The position numbers were made by a program, and so were the translations under genes. Below are positions 39,048 through 48,038 of a DNA stretch of 64,000 nt, piece after piece (position 1 is the stretch's first letter; each line of letters opens with the position of its first letter). The stretch covers positions 7,814 to 71,813 of the IMG/VR virus record IMGVR_UViG_3300046534_001281; one strand, given 5' to 3'. The stretch is from a virus. The notes beneath the pieces are model-generated. The model was not told where the DNA came from and did not search any database. It worked only from the letters and a program-made list of their open reading frames with translations.

Positions 39048-39503
39048 ATGCAATCAGACAAATACAAAAACTCCAAAGGAGAACAAATCGAATTCGCCAT
39101 GCTTGTGTCCACTCGCCCGAACTTACGGGGTGGGAGACATAGTATGATGTCGCACGTAGGTCTAGGAGCATTGGAGACGATGTTTGACAAGTGTGAGGTT
39201 GACGAAAGTGTAACAAGCCTGAATCTTTTTTACCCCGAACGGTGGACTAACATTTTGGAGCAGAGAGCAATCCCTCTAAAAATGCTAGCGTGCTTCCCGA
39301 ATTTAACCAAAGTTGATATTGAAACCCATTCGGTTTATATTATCCAATCCGTCCATTCTGAGCACATCGGAATCACTGATATGGATTTACAGGAAACCTA
39401 TACCGAAACCTCAAAGATTGAGGTAGAAACTCGATATTGCGAATCCGACAAAGGCGGAAATAACGGGCTGATGGTGTTTGGTGGGTCGATTAGGGGAAAA
39501 TAA
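39048..39503 (+). CDS. early hypothetical protein (degenerate ABC/AAA C-terminal-like motifs)
   Basis: FYPER ... IETHSVYIIQ. Confidence 0.55.
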   Translation: MQSDKYKNSKGEQIEFAMLVSTRPNLRGGRHSMMSHVGLGALETMFDKCEVDESVTSLNLFYPERWTNILEQRAIPLKMLACFPNLTKVDIETHSVYIIQSVHSEHIGITDMDLQETYTETSKIEVETRYCESDKGGNNGLMVFGGSIRGK

Positions 39504-39708
39504 TATGCCATTCATGAGGATTTATAAAGCCGAGGATTTATGGCACAGACATGGTTGTGTTGCTTTAGATACGGCAAAGGAACTAGAGCAACGTATTATG
39601 GGATCTATTGGACCTCCAGATCCACCAAGACATACGATGTGTCCAATTTGTTTTCTTTTCAAAAATAAACTTGACTCTAAATCAAAAATGAGTTAAGTTC
39701 TAATCGTT

Positions 39709-40059
39709 ATGAGAAACAATATCACCACATTAAACCGCTCCGAACTAGTTGGCCTTATCGCTTCCGCTAAAAAGGAAGAAGTTCGCAGATGTGATGCCGA
39801 TTATGCCTCAAGTTTCGAAGGAATTTTGGCTCTTGATGAAAGTGGCGAGCGAGCAGTGGTAGAGCATGTTTACTGGGCTAAGGATGGGCAAGCTTGTCCT
39901 CCAATTAAACTTCTGAAGAAACTCTTCGAAGATTACCCAAAAGCCCACACCTTGTCTATTGAAGGCACTGTAAGATTTCTAGGCGGATATGGTAACATCG
40001 CTACTCAAAGAGAAGAATCTGAGAATGCTGGATATTGGAGCGTTGAAATTAATCGATAA
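39709..40059 (+). CDS. early hypothetical protein
   Basis: TTGACT..TAAGTT..GTT-ATG. Confidence 0.65.
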   Translation: MRNNITTLNRSELVGLIASAKKEEVRRCDADYASSFEGILALDESGERAVVEHVYWAKDGQACPPIKLLKKLFEDYPKAHTLSIEGTVRFLGGYGNIATQREESENAGYWSVEINR

Positions 40060-40113
40060 TAAAGGCAGAAAGTTCTGGACAAATAACCAAAAATAGATTA
40101 ACTTCTAATCGTT

Positions 40114-40305
40114 ATGAGAAACCCAGTTAAACTTACCAAGACCGAAAACGGATACACCGCAACTTTCTTCAAACTATCCCTCGGTCGTGAATACACATAC
40201 AGTATCGTTAAATGCCATGGAAAGGGATACCAGCTTGATGAATTGTATTACGAGACTCTTACCGAAATCAAAACCGACATTTTGTTTTATTCCAAAAGTG
40301 CCTAA
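40114..40305 (+). CDS. small early hypothetical protein
   Basis: TGGACA..TAACTT..GTT-ATG. Confidence 0.6.
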   Translation: MRNPVKLTKTENGYTATFFKLSLGREYTYSIVKCHGKGYQLDELYYETLTEIKTDILFYSKSA

Positions 40306-40350
40306 TAAAATATTGACATTTCGTTAAAAATGAGTTAACTTATCTTCGTT

Positions 40351-40689
40351 ATGAAAAACGAAGTGATTAAACGCAAAGACATCGACGGAGATGATGAACT
40401 AGTCATATTCGTCGAGGATTATTCAGTGACCGCATACCTAGATGTGGGATACAACCACTCGTCCATATCCTTCGGACTGACTTCGGAAATGGATGCTGAC
40501 GTGTCGTGGATGGACACTTTAACAGGACGCGGAGCATTCCGAACAATAGCTCTTTTAAAATCTGCGATCTCCGATTTGATCAGAGAGATTGAGAAAATGG
40601 GTTTTGAATGGAACGTGTCTTGTTGCGAACGTAGGGCAAAACTCTATTCAAGATACCTTCCAGAAGACAAAATTAGAATCGTAAACTAA
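40351..40689 (+). CDS. early hypothetical protein
   Basis: TTGACA..TAACTT..GTT-ATG; RRAKLYSRYL. Confidence 0.65.
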   Translation: MKNEVIKRKDIDGDDELVIFVEDYSVTAYLDVGYNHSSISFGLTSEMDADVSWMDTLTGRGAFRTIALLKSAISDLIREIEKMGFEWNVSCCERRAKLYSRYLPEDKIRIVN

Positions 40690-40730
40690 AGTTTGACAAA
40701 CGTCCGAAGATAAGTTAACCTATCCCTGTT

Positions 40731-41033
40731 ATGAAAAAGATTACTGAACTCAAGTTTGAAGTCGTTGCTGAAATTTTCCACAAAGCATTCGCTGCGTATG
40801 GCCATGGTAGTGTCTGGGATATTAGCTTCACTAGTTGTGGTGAGATCTACATCCACCTTGGAGGCAACGAAAAGGTATTTAAATATACCGATAATCCCGT
40901 CGTTAAAATCCACGAAGGTTTTGTTCGGTTAACCAGCACCGAAGGAGAGGAATTTCGTCTATTGGTTCTAACACCAACCGAATTTGTTTCCAACAATCCA
41001 ATCATCAAAAGAGCAATTGAAGCTCAAAAATAA
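40731..41033 (+). CDS. early hypothetical protein
   Basis: TTGACA..TAACCT..GTT-ATG. Confidence 0.65.
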   Translation: MKKITELKFEVVAEIFHKAFAAYGHGSVWDISFTSCGEIYIHLGGNEKVFKYTDNPVVKIHEGFVRLTSTEGEEFRLLVLTPTEFVSNNPIIKRAIEAQK

Positions 41034-41317
41034 AGATATGGTTAAAGATATTAAAAAAATAGGAGGGGTAATTTCTCTCAAAGAATTAGTAGCCCCTAAT
41101 TATTTTCAAATAGAGGGCGAGGAAGATAAATTATACGTTGTATATCATGATGACAAAACCAACCATCATAAAATCGATGAGTTGGATTTAGACACCTATA
41201 TTAAGAAATCTCTTTTCAGAATTAACTTCAACCCCTCGGAAAAAGTTCAATTAGTTGAAGTTACTTTTGAAGTATAAACGTTGACAAACACAAACCCTCT
41301 GTTAATCTAAAGAAGTT

Positions 41318-41521
41318 ATGAGCCTCGAATATACTATACAAGATCGCAAATCGGAACTCAAAGGTCAGTGGAAAGCTGAATACAATAGAACCAACGATGA
41401 TTTCTATCCCGATAACGAAGACTCTAAAGTTTTATTCGAGATGAATGTCCGATTGGCTGAAGAACTCGACAGACTTAAAGAAGAACTTTCCGAATTAAAA
41501 TCGAAATTAGTCCTTGACTAA
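41318..41521 (+). CDS. small coiled-coil early protein
   Basis: TTGACA..TAATCT..GTT-ATG. Confidence 0.6.
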   Translation: MSLEYTIQDRKSELKGQWKAEYNRTNDDFYPDNEDSKVLFEMNVRLAEELDRLKEELSELKSKLVLD

Positions 41522-41551
41522 TCCAACCAAATATATTAAAGTAAAAACACA

Positions 41552-42301
41552 ATGAATCCAAAACTACACGAACTCCTAGCCGTTGAAGGCAAACTCGAAG
41601 GTCAATCCAAAAAAGTCGTTGGCGACTTGACTCAGACCTTTCATAAGAAGCGACATCACTTTGAAGAAAAGACAGTCGTATTCACGCCGAACGCAGAAGG
41701 TGAGCGAACAGTCACCGAAGCACAGTCGGACATTCAAACCACTGTTGATAAGGAACTTAAGTGGGTTACTGATCACCTCACCAATTCCCTTGATGCTTCG
41801 TATCAAGTGGCTGAGACCAACACACAAGCAAGAGCAGATATCATCTTGACTGATGGAACAATCGTTGCTAAAAACGTCCCCGCTACAGCACTCCTTGAGC
41901 TTGAGAAGCGTGTTTCTGAAATCGCTGATCTCCTTAAGAACATCCCAACTCTTGATCCTGCTAAAGGATTCAGTCCAGACACTGCCCGTGGTGATGGTTA
42001 CTTCCAAGCAAGGGAAGTAACTAAAGGACGAACCAAAAAGGTTAACAAGCCAATTGTTCTTTATGATGCAACCGAAAACCATCCTGCACAGACTCAGATC
42101 GTGACAGAAGATGTTGAAGTCGGTAAGATTCAAGAGCAAGAATGGTCAAGCCTGTTCACTCCTGCTAAGAAGTCAGCCTTGATCAACAAAGCCGAGGTTT
42201 TGGAGCGAGCAGTTCGCCAAGCACGTTCAAGAGCCAACGAGCAACCAGTAGATCAAACCAAGACAATCGCCAAGCAAATCTTGAGCGCAATCTTTGACTA
42301 A
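41552..42301 (+). CDS. conserved helical protein of unknown function, directly upstream of a tRNA-like ncRNA
   Basis: KLHELLAVE, NTQARADI, VPATALLELEK, IPTLDP, LYDATENHPAQ, AR.RAN; codon usage like highly expressed genes. Confidence 0.8.
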   Translation: MNPKLHELLAVEGKLEGQSKKVVGDLTQTFHKKRHHFEEKTVVFTPNAEGERTVTEAQSDIQTTVDKELKWVTDHLTNSLDASYQVAETNTQARADIILTDGTIVAKNVPATALLELEKRVSEIADLLKNIPTLDPAKGFSPDTARGDGYFQAREVTKGRTKKVNKPIVLYDATENHPAQTQIVTEDVEVGKIQEQEWSSLFTPAKKSALINKAEVLERAVRQARSRANEQPVDQTKTIAKQILSAIFD

Positions 42302-42306
42302 ACAAA

Positions 42307-42596
42307 TTTCGGGCGGAAGTGGTGGTCACTCGTAAAAATAAGCCACCACTTCTTAAACCTAAGCTAAAGGTAATATTCAAGTTTAAACTCAATTTAAAGT
42401 TATTACCCGAAGGCTAAACCCAGAGAACATGAAAAGCAAATGAAATAATCGATAAAACACCTGTGTGCGTTGATTCGAATTCAACCACGGACTCCAGCTA
42501 AATAATACAAGTCCGTGTAGCTCAGTGGTAGAGCAGCAGTTTCAAGTTTACATATTGGTTCGATTTCCTTGCGAAGTTCATCCATGTTCAACATAA
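42307..42596 (+). ncRNA. circularly permuted tRNA-like (YrlA/Y-RNA-like) structured RNA
   Basis: T arm 42469-42485, acceptor 3' strand+TCCA 42486-42496, acceptor 5' strand 42511-42517, D arm 42520-42534, long closing stem 42425-42464/42536-42589. Confidence 0.8.
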
Positions 42597-42632
42597 GAAA
42601 GGTCGCAATAGGATATGTGCGGCCTTTCGTTT
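42597..42632 (+). terminator. intrinsic terminator
   Basis: GAAAGGTCGCA...TGCGGCCTTTC-GTTT. Confidence 0.7.
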
Positions 42633-42691
42633 GCCCTGATACCAAAATAAACCTTGACTTCAGGCTAAAAATAGATTAAAGTCTCCTTGTT

Positions 42692-42916
42692 ATGAAAAAC
42701 CTACCGAAACGAGTCACCACAGTCACCAAAAAGCTTAAAACCTCCAACCCGTGGGGGTTAGGTGATCGAATTTCAGAAGCTTTTGAAGCCAACTGGGATA
42801 CCGCCGAAAGAGACATTTCCAAACTGTATAAAGAACAGTGGGTTATTGATTTTTGTGAAAAAGTGAATCTGTCGCCTCGTTTCTTTATCAAAAATCTGGT
42901 TGGAATCGCCCTATAA
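42692..42916 (+). CDS. small early hypothetical protein
   Basis: TTGACT-N17-TAAAGT-N6-GTT-ATG. Confidence 0.6.
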   Translation: MKNLPKRVTTVTKKLKTSNPWGLGDRISEAFEANWDTAERDISKLYKEQWVIDFCEKVNLSPRFFIKNLVGIAL

Positions 42917-42934
42917 TATAATTTAAAAAAAATC

Positions 42935-43168
42935 ATGATCACAAAATCAAAAGACATTAACGGAAACTCAATTGCCAAATTCACCAAGAAAGGTGAGCGA
43001 GGGTTTTCTGTCCAAACTTGTGGAAATATGCCAGTCGCACACCGACACTCAAAGGAAAGCTGGAAAGCTGAATTTATGCAACGGAATATTATGGTTGAGT
43101 TGCAGGACTATATTTCACAATTCGGAACAGAACGTCAAAAAAGACTGCTTGGTGTAAAAAGTTCTTGA
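42935..43168 (+). CDS. small hypothetical protein
   Basis: ORF in operon. Confidence 0.55.
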   Translation: MITKSKDINGNSIAKFTKKGERGFSVQTCGNMPVAHRHSKESWKAEFMQRNIMVELQDYISQFGTERQKRLLGVKSS

Positions 43169-43202
43169 CTCTGACCTAAAAATAGATTAAATTATCCCTG
43201 TT

Positions 43203-43433
43203 ATGAAACATTACTACGCAATGAGTTGGAGTCACGGAAGAGCAGCCTGTGCCAATACCGGAAATCGGTATGGTGTTGAATACTACGCATTTTCCCGAAA
43301 AGAAAGGGATGAATGGTGTGAAGATGGTGGAGATTTTACCAGTTCTCCCAATTGGAGAGAGGCAGTCAAGTCAAATGATCCCGAACTTCGTAGGGCTATT
43401 AAAAGCGACGAAGTCCAGTATACCAATAGCTAA
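43203..43433 (+). CDS. small early hypothetical protein
   Basis: Early promoter GTT-ATG. Confidence 0.6.
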   Translation: MKHYYAMSWSHGRAACANTGNRYGVEYYAFSRKERDEWCEDGGDFTSSPNWREAVKSNDPELRRAIKSDEVQYTNS

Positions 43434-43477
43434 TAAACCTTGTCTCTGAATCAAAAATAGGTTAAATTATCCCTGTT

Positions 43478-44143
43478 ATGAAAACAAAAGCAATCCACGC
43501 ATTAGTCGCATCAACAACTCTCATCATGGGGTTGGTTGTATATACAGAAACCACAACCCCAACGGTTAAAGATGTTCCAATTTTGGTTAAGCCGAATATT
43601 AAACCTACCGATATCCCTATTTTGGTTAAACCCAATAGACTCCCTACCGATATCCCTATTTTGGTTAAACCTAATATTAAACATACCAAAATCGACTATC
43701 ATGAAGAAATGATTAAGGGTGTTAAATATTTCGAGGGCTTCCGCTCAAAACCTTACTTTTGCAGCGGAAAAGTGAAAACTATTGGCTATGGCTGCACCGA
43801 TCCTGCAATTACTCGAAAGGGTTATATTTCAGAAAAGGGGGCGGATAAACTTCTACGAAAAACACTCCATAAAATTAGGGTTAGGGTTTTGAAGAGTGTC
43901 GATGTTGATTTGACTGAATGGCAGCTCGCTGCGCTTACCAGCTTCGCCTTCAATGCAGGGATGGGTAGTCTGGAAACATTAATTGGCCAAAAGGATCGCC
44001 TAAATGACGGGAATTATGGTAGCGTTGTTATTGTCATGCCTCTTTATCGAAACGCAGGTGGAAAAATTCGGAAAGGATTGGTCCTCCGTAGAGCTTGGGA
44101 AGTCGAACTTTATGAGGGAAAAATCATTACCGAAAGATCTTGA
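43478..44143 (+). CDS. GH24 lysozyme with N-terminal membrane anchor and 12-aa repeat linker
   Basis: FEGFRSKPYFCSGKVKTIGYG, ALTSFAFNAG, GLVLRR.WE; D[VI]PILVKPN x3. Confidence 0.9.
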   Translation: MKTKAIHALVASTTLIMGLVVYTETTTPTVKDVPILVKPNIKPTDIPILVKPNRLPTDIPILVKPNIKHTKIDYHEEMIKGVKYFEGFRSKPYFCSGKVKTIGYGCTDPAITRKGYISEKGADKLLRKTLHKIRVRVLKSVDVDLTEWQLAALTSFAFNAGMGSLETLIGQKDRLNDGNYGSVVIVMPLYRNAGGKIRKGLVLRRAWEVELYEGKIITERS

Positions 44144-44177
44144 CTCTAGTTCAAAAATAGATTAAAGTCTCTTTGTT

Positions 44178-44498
44178 ATGAAAAACCTCACACCACAAAA
44201 CGAGCAGGACATTTTGACCCTAGTTAAAACTCACATGGACGACACCGTAGGGTTGGAGAATCTTAGCGTGTTACTGGCTCATGGACAGTCCATCAGGGTT
44301 CGCTCCACCCGCAAAATGCCGCCTAAGGATAAAGTGGGTATGTTCGGGTTCTCCTCGGTCGAACAGTGGAAAGCGGAGTGTATTCAGGAGTGGCAGTATG
44401 ACGTGGACGATTTGATCGACAAATTGGACCAAGAACTGGGTATTGATTTTGAACTCGATAGCGTTGGCCCTTCGGGATTCGCTTTAATTACTGTATAA
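44178..44498 (+). CDS. early hypothetical protein
   Basis: Early promoter GTT-ATG. Confidence 0.6.
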   Translation: MKNLTPQNEQDILTLVKTHMDDTVGLENLSVLLAHGQSIRVRSTRKMPPKDKVGMFGFSSVEQWKAECIQEWQYDVDDLIDKLDQELGIDFELDSVGPSGFALITV

Positions 44499-44552
44499 TA
44501 ATCCTTGACTTCGAATCGAAAAAGACTTACATTTGCTTACATTACATTTGTT

Positions 44553-44895
44553 ATGAAAACACTTAGCTACATTATTGAAGACGGAAAACGAATCAAAGCA
44601 CCTGATTCCTTAGAGCATTATTACCACAAAACCGTATGGATTTCGGTTTGAATATCAACGTTACAAATCAATAATGGTTGAACAATATTATAAAGAGAAC
44701 CCAGACCATGAAGCATGGATGGGAATTGACTACGACTGTGGCTATCAGAGCTTTAGCGTGATTGATGCGGCTATTTCTGACGAATTCCCAGACTCATGGA
44801 ACCAGAGAGTCGCTAACACTTGGCCTGATGAAGGCACTTGGGTTATGGTTAAGCGAGGTAAATGGATTCTTCTTTGTAACTTCACTTGGGATTAA
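44553..44895 (+). pseudogene. probable frameshifted early gene
   Basis: Promoter ATG frame stops at 44651; the +1 frame is open from ~44614 into ORF 44674-44895 across an A run near 44628. Confidence 0.4.
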
Positions 44896-44950
44896 AATTT
44901 ATCCGGACAAACCATTAAAAACAATCTAACTTATCTAACTTATCTACGTT

Positions 44951-45442
44951 ATGAAAAATAAAAGAGCCGCAGAAATTCAAGAACGAGTCATTCGATTCAA
45001 AAACAATCAAGATTATATTGTCAGCTTCATGTCAGGGTATGACGTGAATACCACTCAGGATCGTTGGGATAATCGCATACATACATTTACAAAGGAGGTG
45101 TTCGCAACCATTTACAAAACGGTTCCTTACAAAAATACTTTCGGGGTTATTAAAACCAAGAGAGTTTTGGTATCGTCATTTTCAGTTAAGGTTCCTTGTG
45201 ATGAATGTCAATATGAAATCAAGGCTAAACTCATCGACGATTCCGATGAATTCTACGACACCTTGAATAAACGTTTCTGGTCTTTATCTAAAGTTCTTGA
45301 AATTTCATGGATCGATGAGAAGATTAGGGAAAATTTAGATACAGAACTCAATATCCACCACAAAGCAGAAAATCAAAAAATCCACTATGCTATTGGCTGT
45401 GGCGTTGCAGCAGAGCATTTGGAAGAAATCGAAGAATTTTAA
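44951..45442 (+). CDS. early hypothetical protein
   Basis: Early promoter GTT-ATG. Confidence 0.65.
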   Translation: MKNKRAAEIQERVIRFKNNQDYIVSFMSGYDVNTTQDRWDNRIHTFTKEVFATIYKTVPYKNTFGVIKTKRVLVSSFSVKVPCDECQYEIKAKLIDDSDEFYDTLNKRFWSLSKVLEISWIDEKIRENLDTELNIHHKAENQKIHYAIGCGVAAEHLEEIEEF

Positions 45443-45738
45443 AATAAACTCATTTTAATCTGGACAAACCATTAAAAACAATCTAACTTATGAAAAACAC
45501 AAAAACTATTTGGATCGAAAACCTACAACTCTGGCTTGACTGTTGTATCCTACCACAAGATGCAACACAGCCCTCGGTCAATATTATGAATCCTTATAGG
45601 GACGGTGACGGTGATTGGATGGTTATCGTATCAACTAACCACGATTTCCAAACATTATGCTACGAAAGATCACGTAAGCAAAAATAAATTCGTTTTAATC
45701 TGGACAAGGTAACCGAAATAGATTACCTTGTTCTTGTT

Positions 45739-46407
45739 ATGAAAAATCAAAACTTCGCTTCCGTTTCGTCCCTCGCAAATACATACGGAGAAACCAACGA
45801 CTGTGTTGTCAAGGCGGTTAGCCTAATCACAGAGCATCCTTACGAGAGGGCACACAATCACTGCCGTCTTAACGGTAGAGATAGCCATGAAGGTTGTGAA
45901 GCCTTTAAAATGCTCGAAGAGGCTGGTGTTAAGCTTGCTTTAATCTTCCAAAAGACTCGCTATAACAATTGTCCATACGGTAAGACCGTAATGAACCTCA
46001 GTGGTTTCAATCGCAATAAGAAATATATTGCGATTACTTCCGGTCATGCTCTTGCTATTATTAATGGCAAAGTTGAGGATTGGACTGCTACGCGGCAACA
46101 CCGCGTCTTGTGGATTTATGAGTGTGATACCGACAATCTGTCCAATAGCTTCCTCAACACCGAGGAGAGTGTCATAATCAACAAAAAGAAGCGCAAGCCT
46201 AGAGCCTCTCAAATCAGATGGGAGCTTGTTTATGAAAATACCGATGAGCATGGCGATATCATCGAAACTGAAGTTGTTGCTTCTTATAAGCGCAAGCCTA
46301 CGAGAGTTTGGCGTAACATTAAACACACCTTTATAAAGGGTAGGGAGGAGACTTTAGGCAAACTTTGCATCCGCAATCTTGAGGATAATACTTACCATTA
46401 CGGGTAG
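45739..46407 (+). CDS. putative papain-like Cys-His-Asp enzyme
   Basis: NDCVVKAVS ... GHALAIINGKVEDW; preceded by imperfect palindromic cassette 45703-45732. Confidence 0.55.
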   Translation: MKNQNFASVSSLANTYGETNDCVVKAVSLITEHPYERAHNHCRLNGRDSHEGCEAFKMLEEAGVKLALIFQKTRYNNCPYGKTVMNLSGFNRNKKYIAITSGHALAIINGKVEDWTATRQHRVLWIYECDTDNLSNSFLNTEESVIINKKKRKPRASQIRWELVYENTDEHGDIIETEVVASYKRKPTRVWRNIKHTFIKGREETLGKLCIRNLEDNTYHYG

Positions 46408-46448
46408 AAAGTTCTTGACAAAAGAAAAATTTCAATTATGATAAAGAT

Positions 46449-46621
46449 ACGTTCCACCTTATCAGTGGATAGTGGGAGGCGGAAAAACCCACGAAGAAGT
46501 CTGGTGATTTAGACAAACACGCTGTAGGTAATCCTCGCGATAGTAGTAGCGTAAGTGGGCAACGACATTAGTTTAATTACAGTGATATGTATCGTATTCC
46601 TTTTCGAAGGTGTCCACCTAC
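46449..46621 (+). ncRNA. structured 5' leader / small RNA candidate
   Basis: Five consecutive hairpins plus a CCTT-TTCG-AAGG stem-loop, downstream of TTGACA..TATGAT. Confidence 0.45.
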
Positions 46622-46641
46622 TAAATTTTCCCCTAACCAAA

Positions 46642-46851
46642 ATGAAAACACCACAAGTTAGTTGGAGTGAAGTTGAAGCTCCCAAAATCACAGGCAAACG
46701 ACCTACAAGACTCTCCAAAGAGAGGGCTACCGAAATGGCCGAAGAAAACAACCAAAATGACGATGACGGGTGGGTTTATGTCGTTGAACCACTCAATCAA
46801 CATTACGTTGTAACAGTATTTGAATACGAAACATTAATAGGAACACTTTAG
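46642..46851 (+). CDS. small hypothetical protein
   Basis: Start re-assigned after the structured leader. Confidence 0.55.
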   Translation: MKTPQVSWSEVEAPKITGKRPTRLSKERATEMAEENNQNDDDGWVYVVEPLNQHYVVTVFEYETLIGTL

Positions 46852-46855
46852 AATT

Positions 46856-47044
46856 ATGATACAGAAAACTATCAAAGAAACAATCATGGAACGAGATCAG
46901 ATCTCTTCAACCGAAGCTGATGAATTGATCCAAGATGCGGTCGAAGATTTCAGGGAAAATCCTGATGATCCAGAAGAGACTCTACAGGAGTGGTTTGGGC
47001 TGGAACCTGACTGGGTTATTGAGTTCCTTTACCTCACCACTTAA
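46856..47044 (+). CDS. small acidic phage protein
   Basis: IMERDQIS..EA..DPEE.L.EWFGLEPDW; acidic, possible DNA mimic. Confidence 0.6.
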   Translation: MIQKTIKETIMERDQISSTEADELIQDAVEDFRENPDDPEETLQEWFGLEPDWVIEFLYLTT

Positions 47045-47079
47045 ACACAAAGAAATCCGAGCTATAATAAGATCCTCTT

Positions 47080-47628
47080 ATGAAAGAACTAATAAGAAAA
47101 TTAATGGATCGCTCATTCAAAAAGGGGTCAAAATTCGACACATCCTATATTGAGTATAGACTTGAAGAAAGTTTTATAACAAACAATTCTATTAAATTTA
47201 CTTTTGTTGATAAAAATGTTTTTGAAGATGTCGGGTTAGGTAAAACTGTGTGTTTAGGGGTAAGGTCTTTATGTGTCGATAAATTGGATGATCCTGTGGC
47301 AGAGATTGAGTGTGAATTTAAATTGCGAATTATTCAAATGTGTCTTAACCATGAAAGGTTTACCACAACGGACAATTTACCTGAAGCCAAACCCAATCAA
47401 TGGGTGATTAACGGAATTACGGGGGATGTTAAATACAGAATAATTGGCACATCTCCAGCTTTAAAAATATATTGCGGGGATTTCATTTATATGGATAACG
47501 TCAATGTTTATAGGAGTAGATATGCGCATGAACCCCTTACTGGCGACTCGTTTTTATACATTTTAAAAAATAATGGAGATGGTGTGATAAATACACCAAA
47601 GCAAAATAATACGAAAATGCTTGTATAA
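47080..47628 (+). CDS. hypothetical protein
   Basis: ORF 182 aa. Confidence 0.55.
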   Translation: MKELIRKLMDRSFKKGSKFDTSYIEYRLEESFITNNSIKFTFVDKNVFEDVGLGKTVCLGVRSLCVDKLDDPVAEIECEFKLRIIQMCLNHERFTTTDNLPEAKPNQWVINGITGDVKYRIIGTSPALKIYCGDFIYMDNVNVYRSRYAHEPLTGDSFLYILKNNGDGVINTPKQNNTKMLV

Positions 47629-47691
47629 ACAGCCCTCGAATTACAGAAAGTCCTTGACGTAAATCCAAAACCCTGTTAATTTCTCCTCGTT

Positions 47692-47976
47692 ATGATAAAC
47701 CTCACATTCTCTCAAACCAAAGCATTCATCACAATCTGCAAGGCAGAACTTAGCGTTATCGATACGGAGGATAGTTTGTATCCTGACGAGTATTGTGTCA
47801 AGGTGGACAATCCTGAAGATTTCAAGGCTCTCATTGATTCGGGTTTGGTTGGCTCTTGGAAGAATGGAGTTTGTGGTAAAACTACCACCGAAGGCTGGTT
47901 GGCTATGGCCACTAGAAAGGGTATGGAAAAATATCTTGGGGAGGAGTCTTTCCGCGACATTTACAACTGCATCTAA
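47692..47976 (+). CDS. early hypothetical protein (wHTH-like size)
   Basis: Early promoter GTT-ATG. Confidence 0.6.
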   Translation: MINLTFSQTKAFITICKAELSVIDTEDSLYPDEYCVKVDNPEDFKALIDSGLVGSWKNGVCGKTTTEGWLAMATRKGMEKYLGEESFRDIYNCI

Positions 47977-48038
47977 ATTCAGTTTAATACACCTTTTATC
48001 TTGACCCAAACCCAAAATCGTGCTAATCTTTCCTCGTT

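Noticed and set aside
41576-42139. 187-aa minus-strand ORF and similar long antisense ORFs
   Set aside because: Shadows of codon-biased plus-strand genes; no promoter motif or domain signature
42425-42589. Standard two-piece tmRNA
   Set aside because: Has a paired D stem, lacks the G3:U70 alanine identity and A discriminator, and no tag frame is evident downstream of the 5' acceptor strand
42511-42590. Canonical tRNA gene starting GTCCGTGTAGCTCAGTGGTAGAGC
   Set aside because: No anticodon loop or matching acceptor 3' strand follows; the matching 3' half lies upstream, so it is reported as a permuted tRNA-like RNA
46458-46566. SAM-I riboswitch (TTATCA..GGCAAC resemblance)
   Set aside because: Core AUCAAGAG and kink-turn/P4 elements not found by eye
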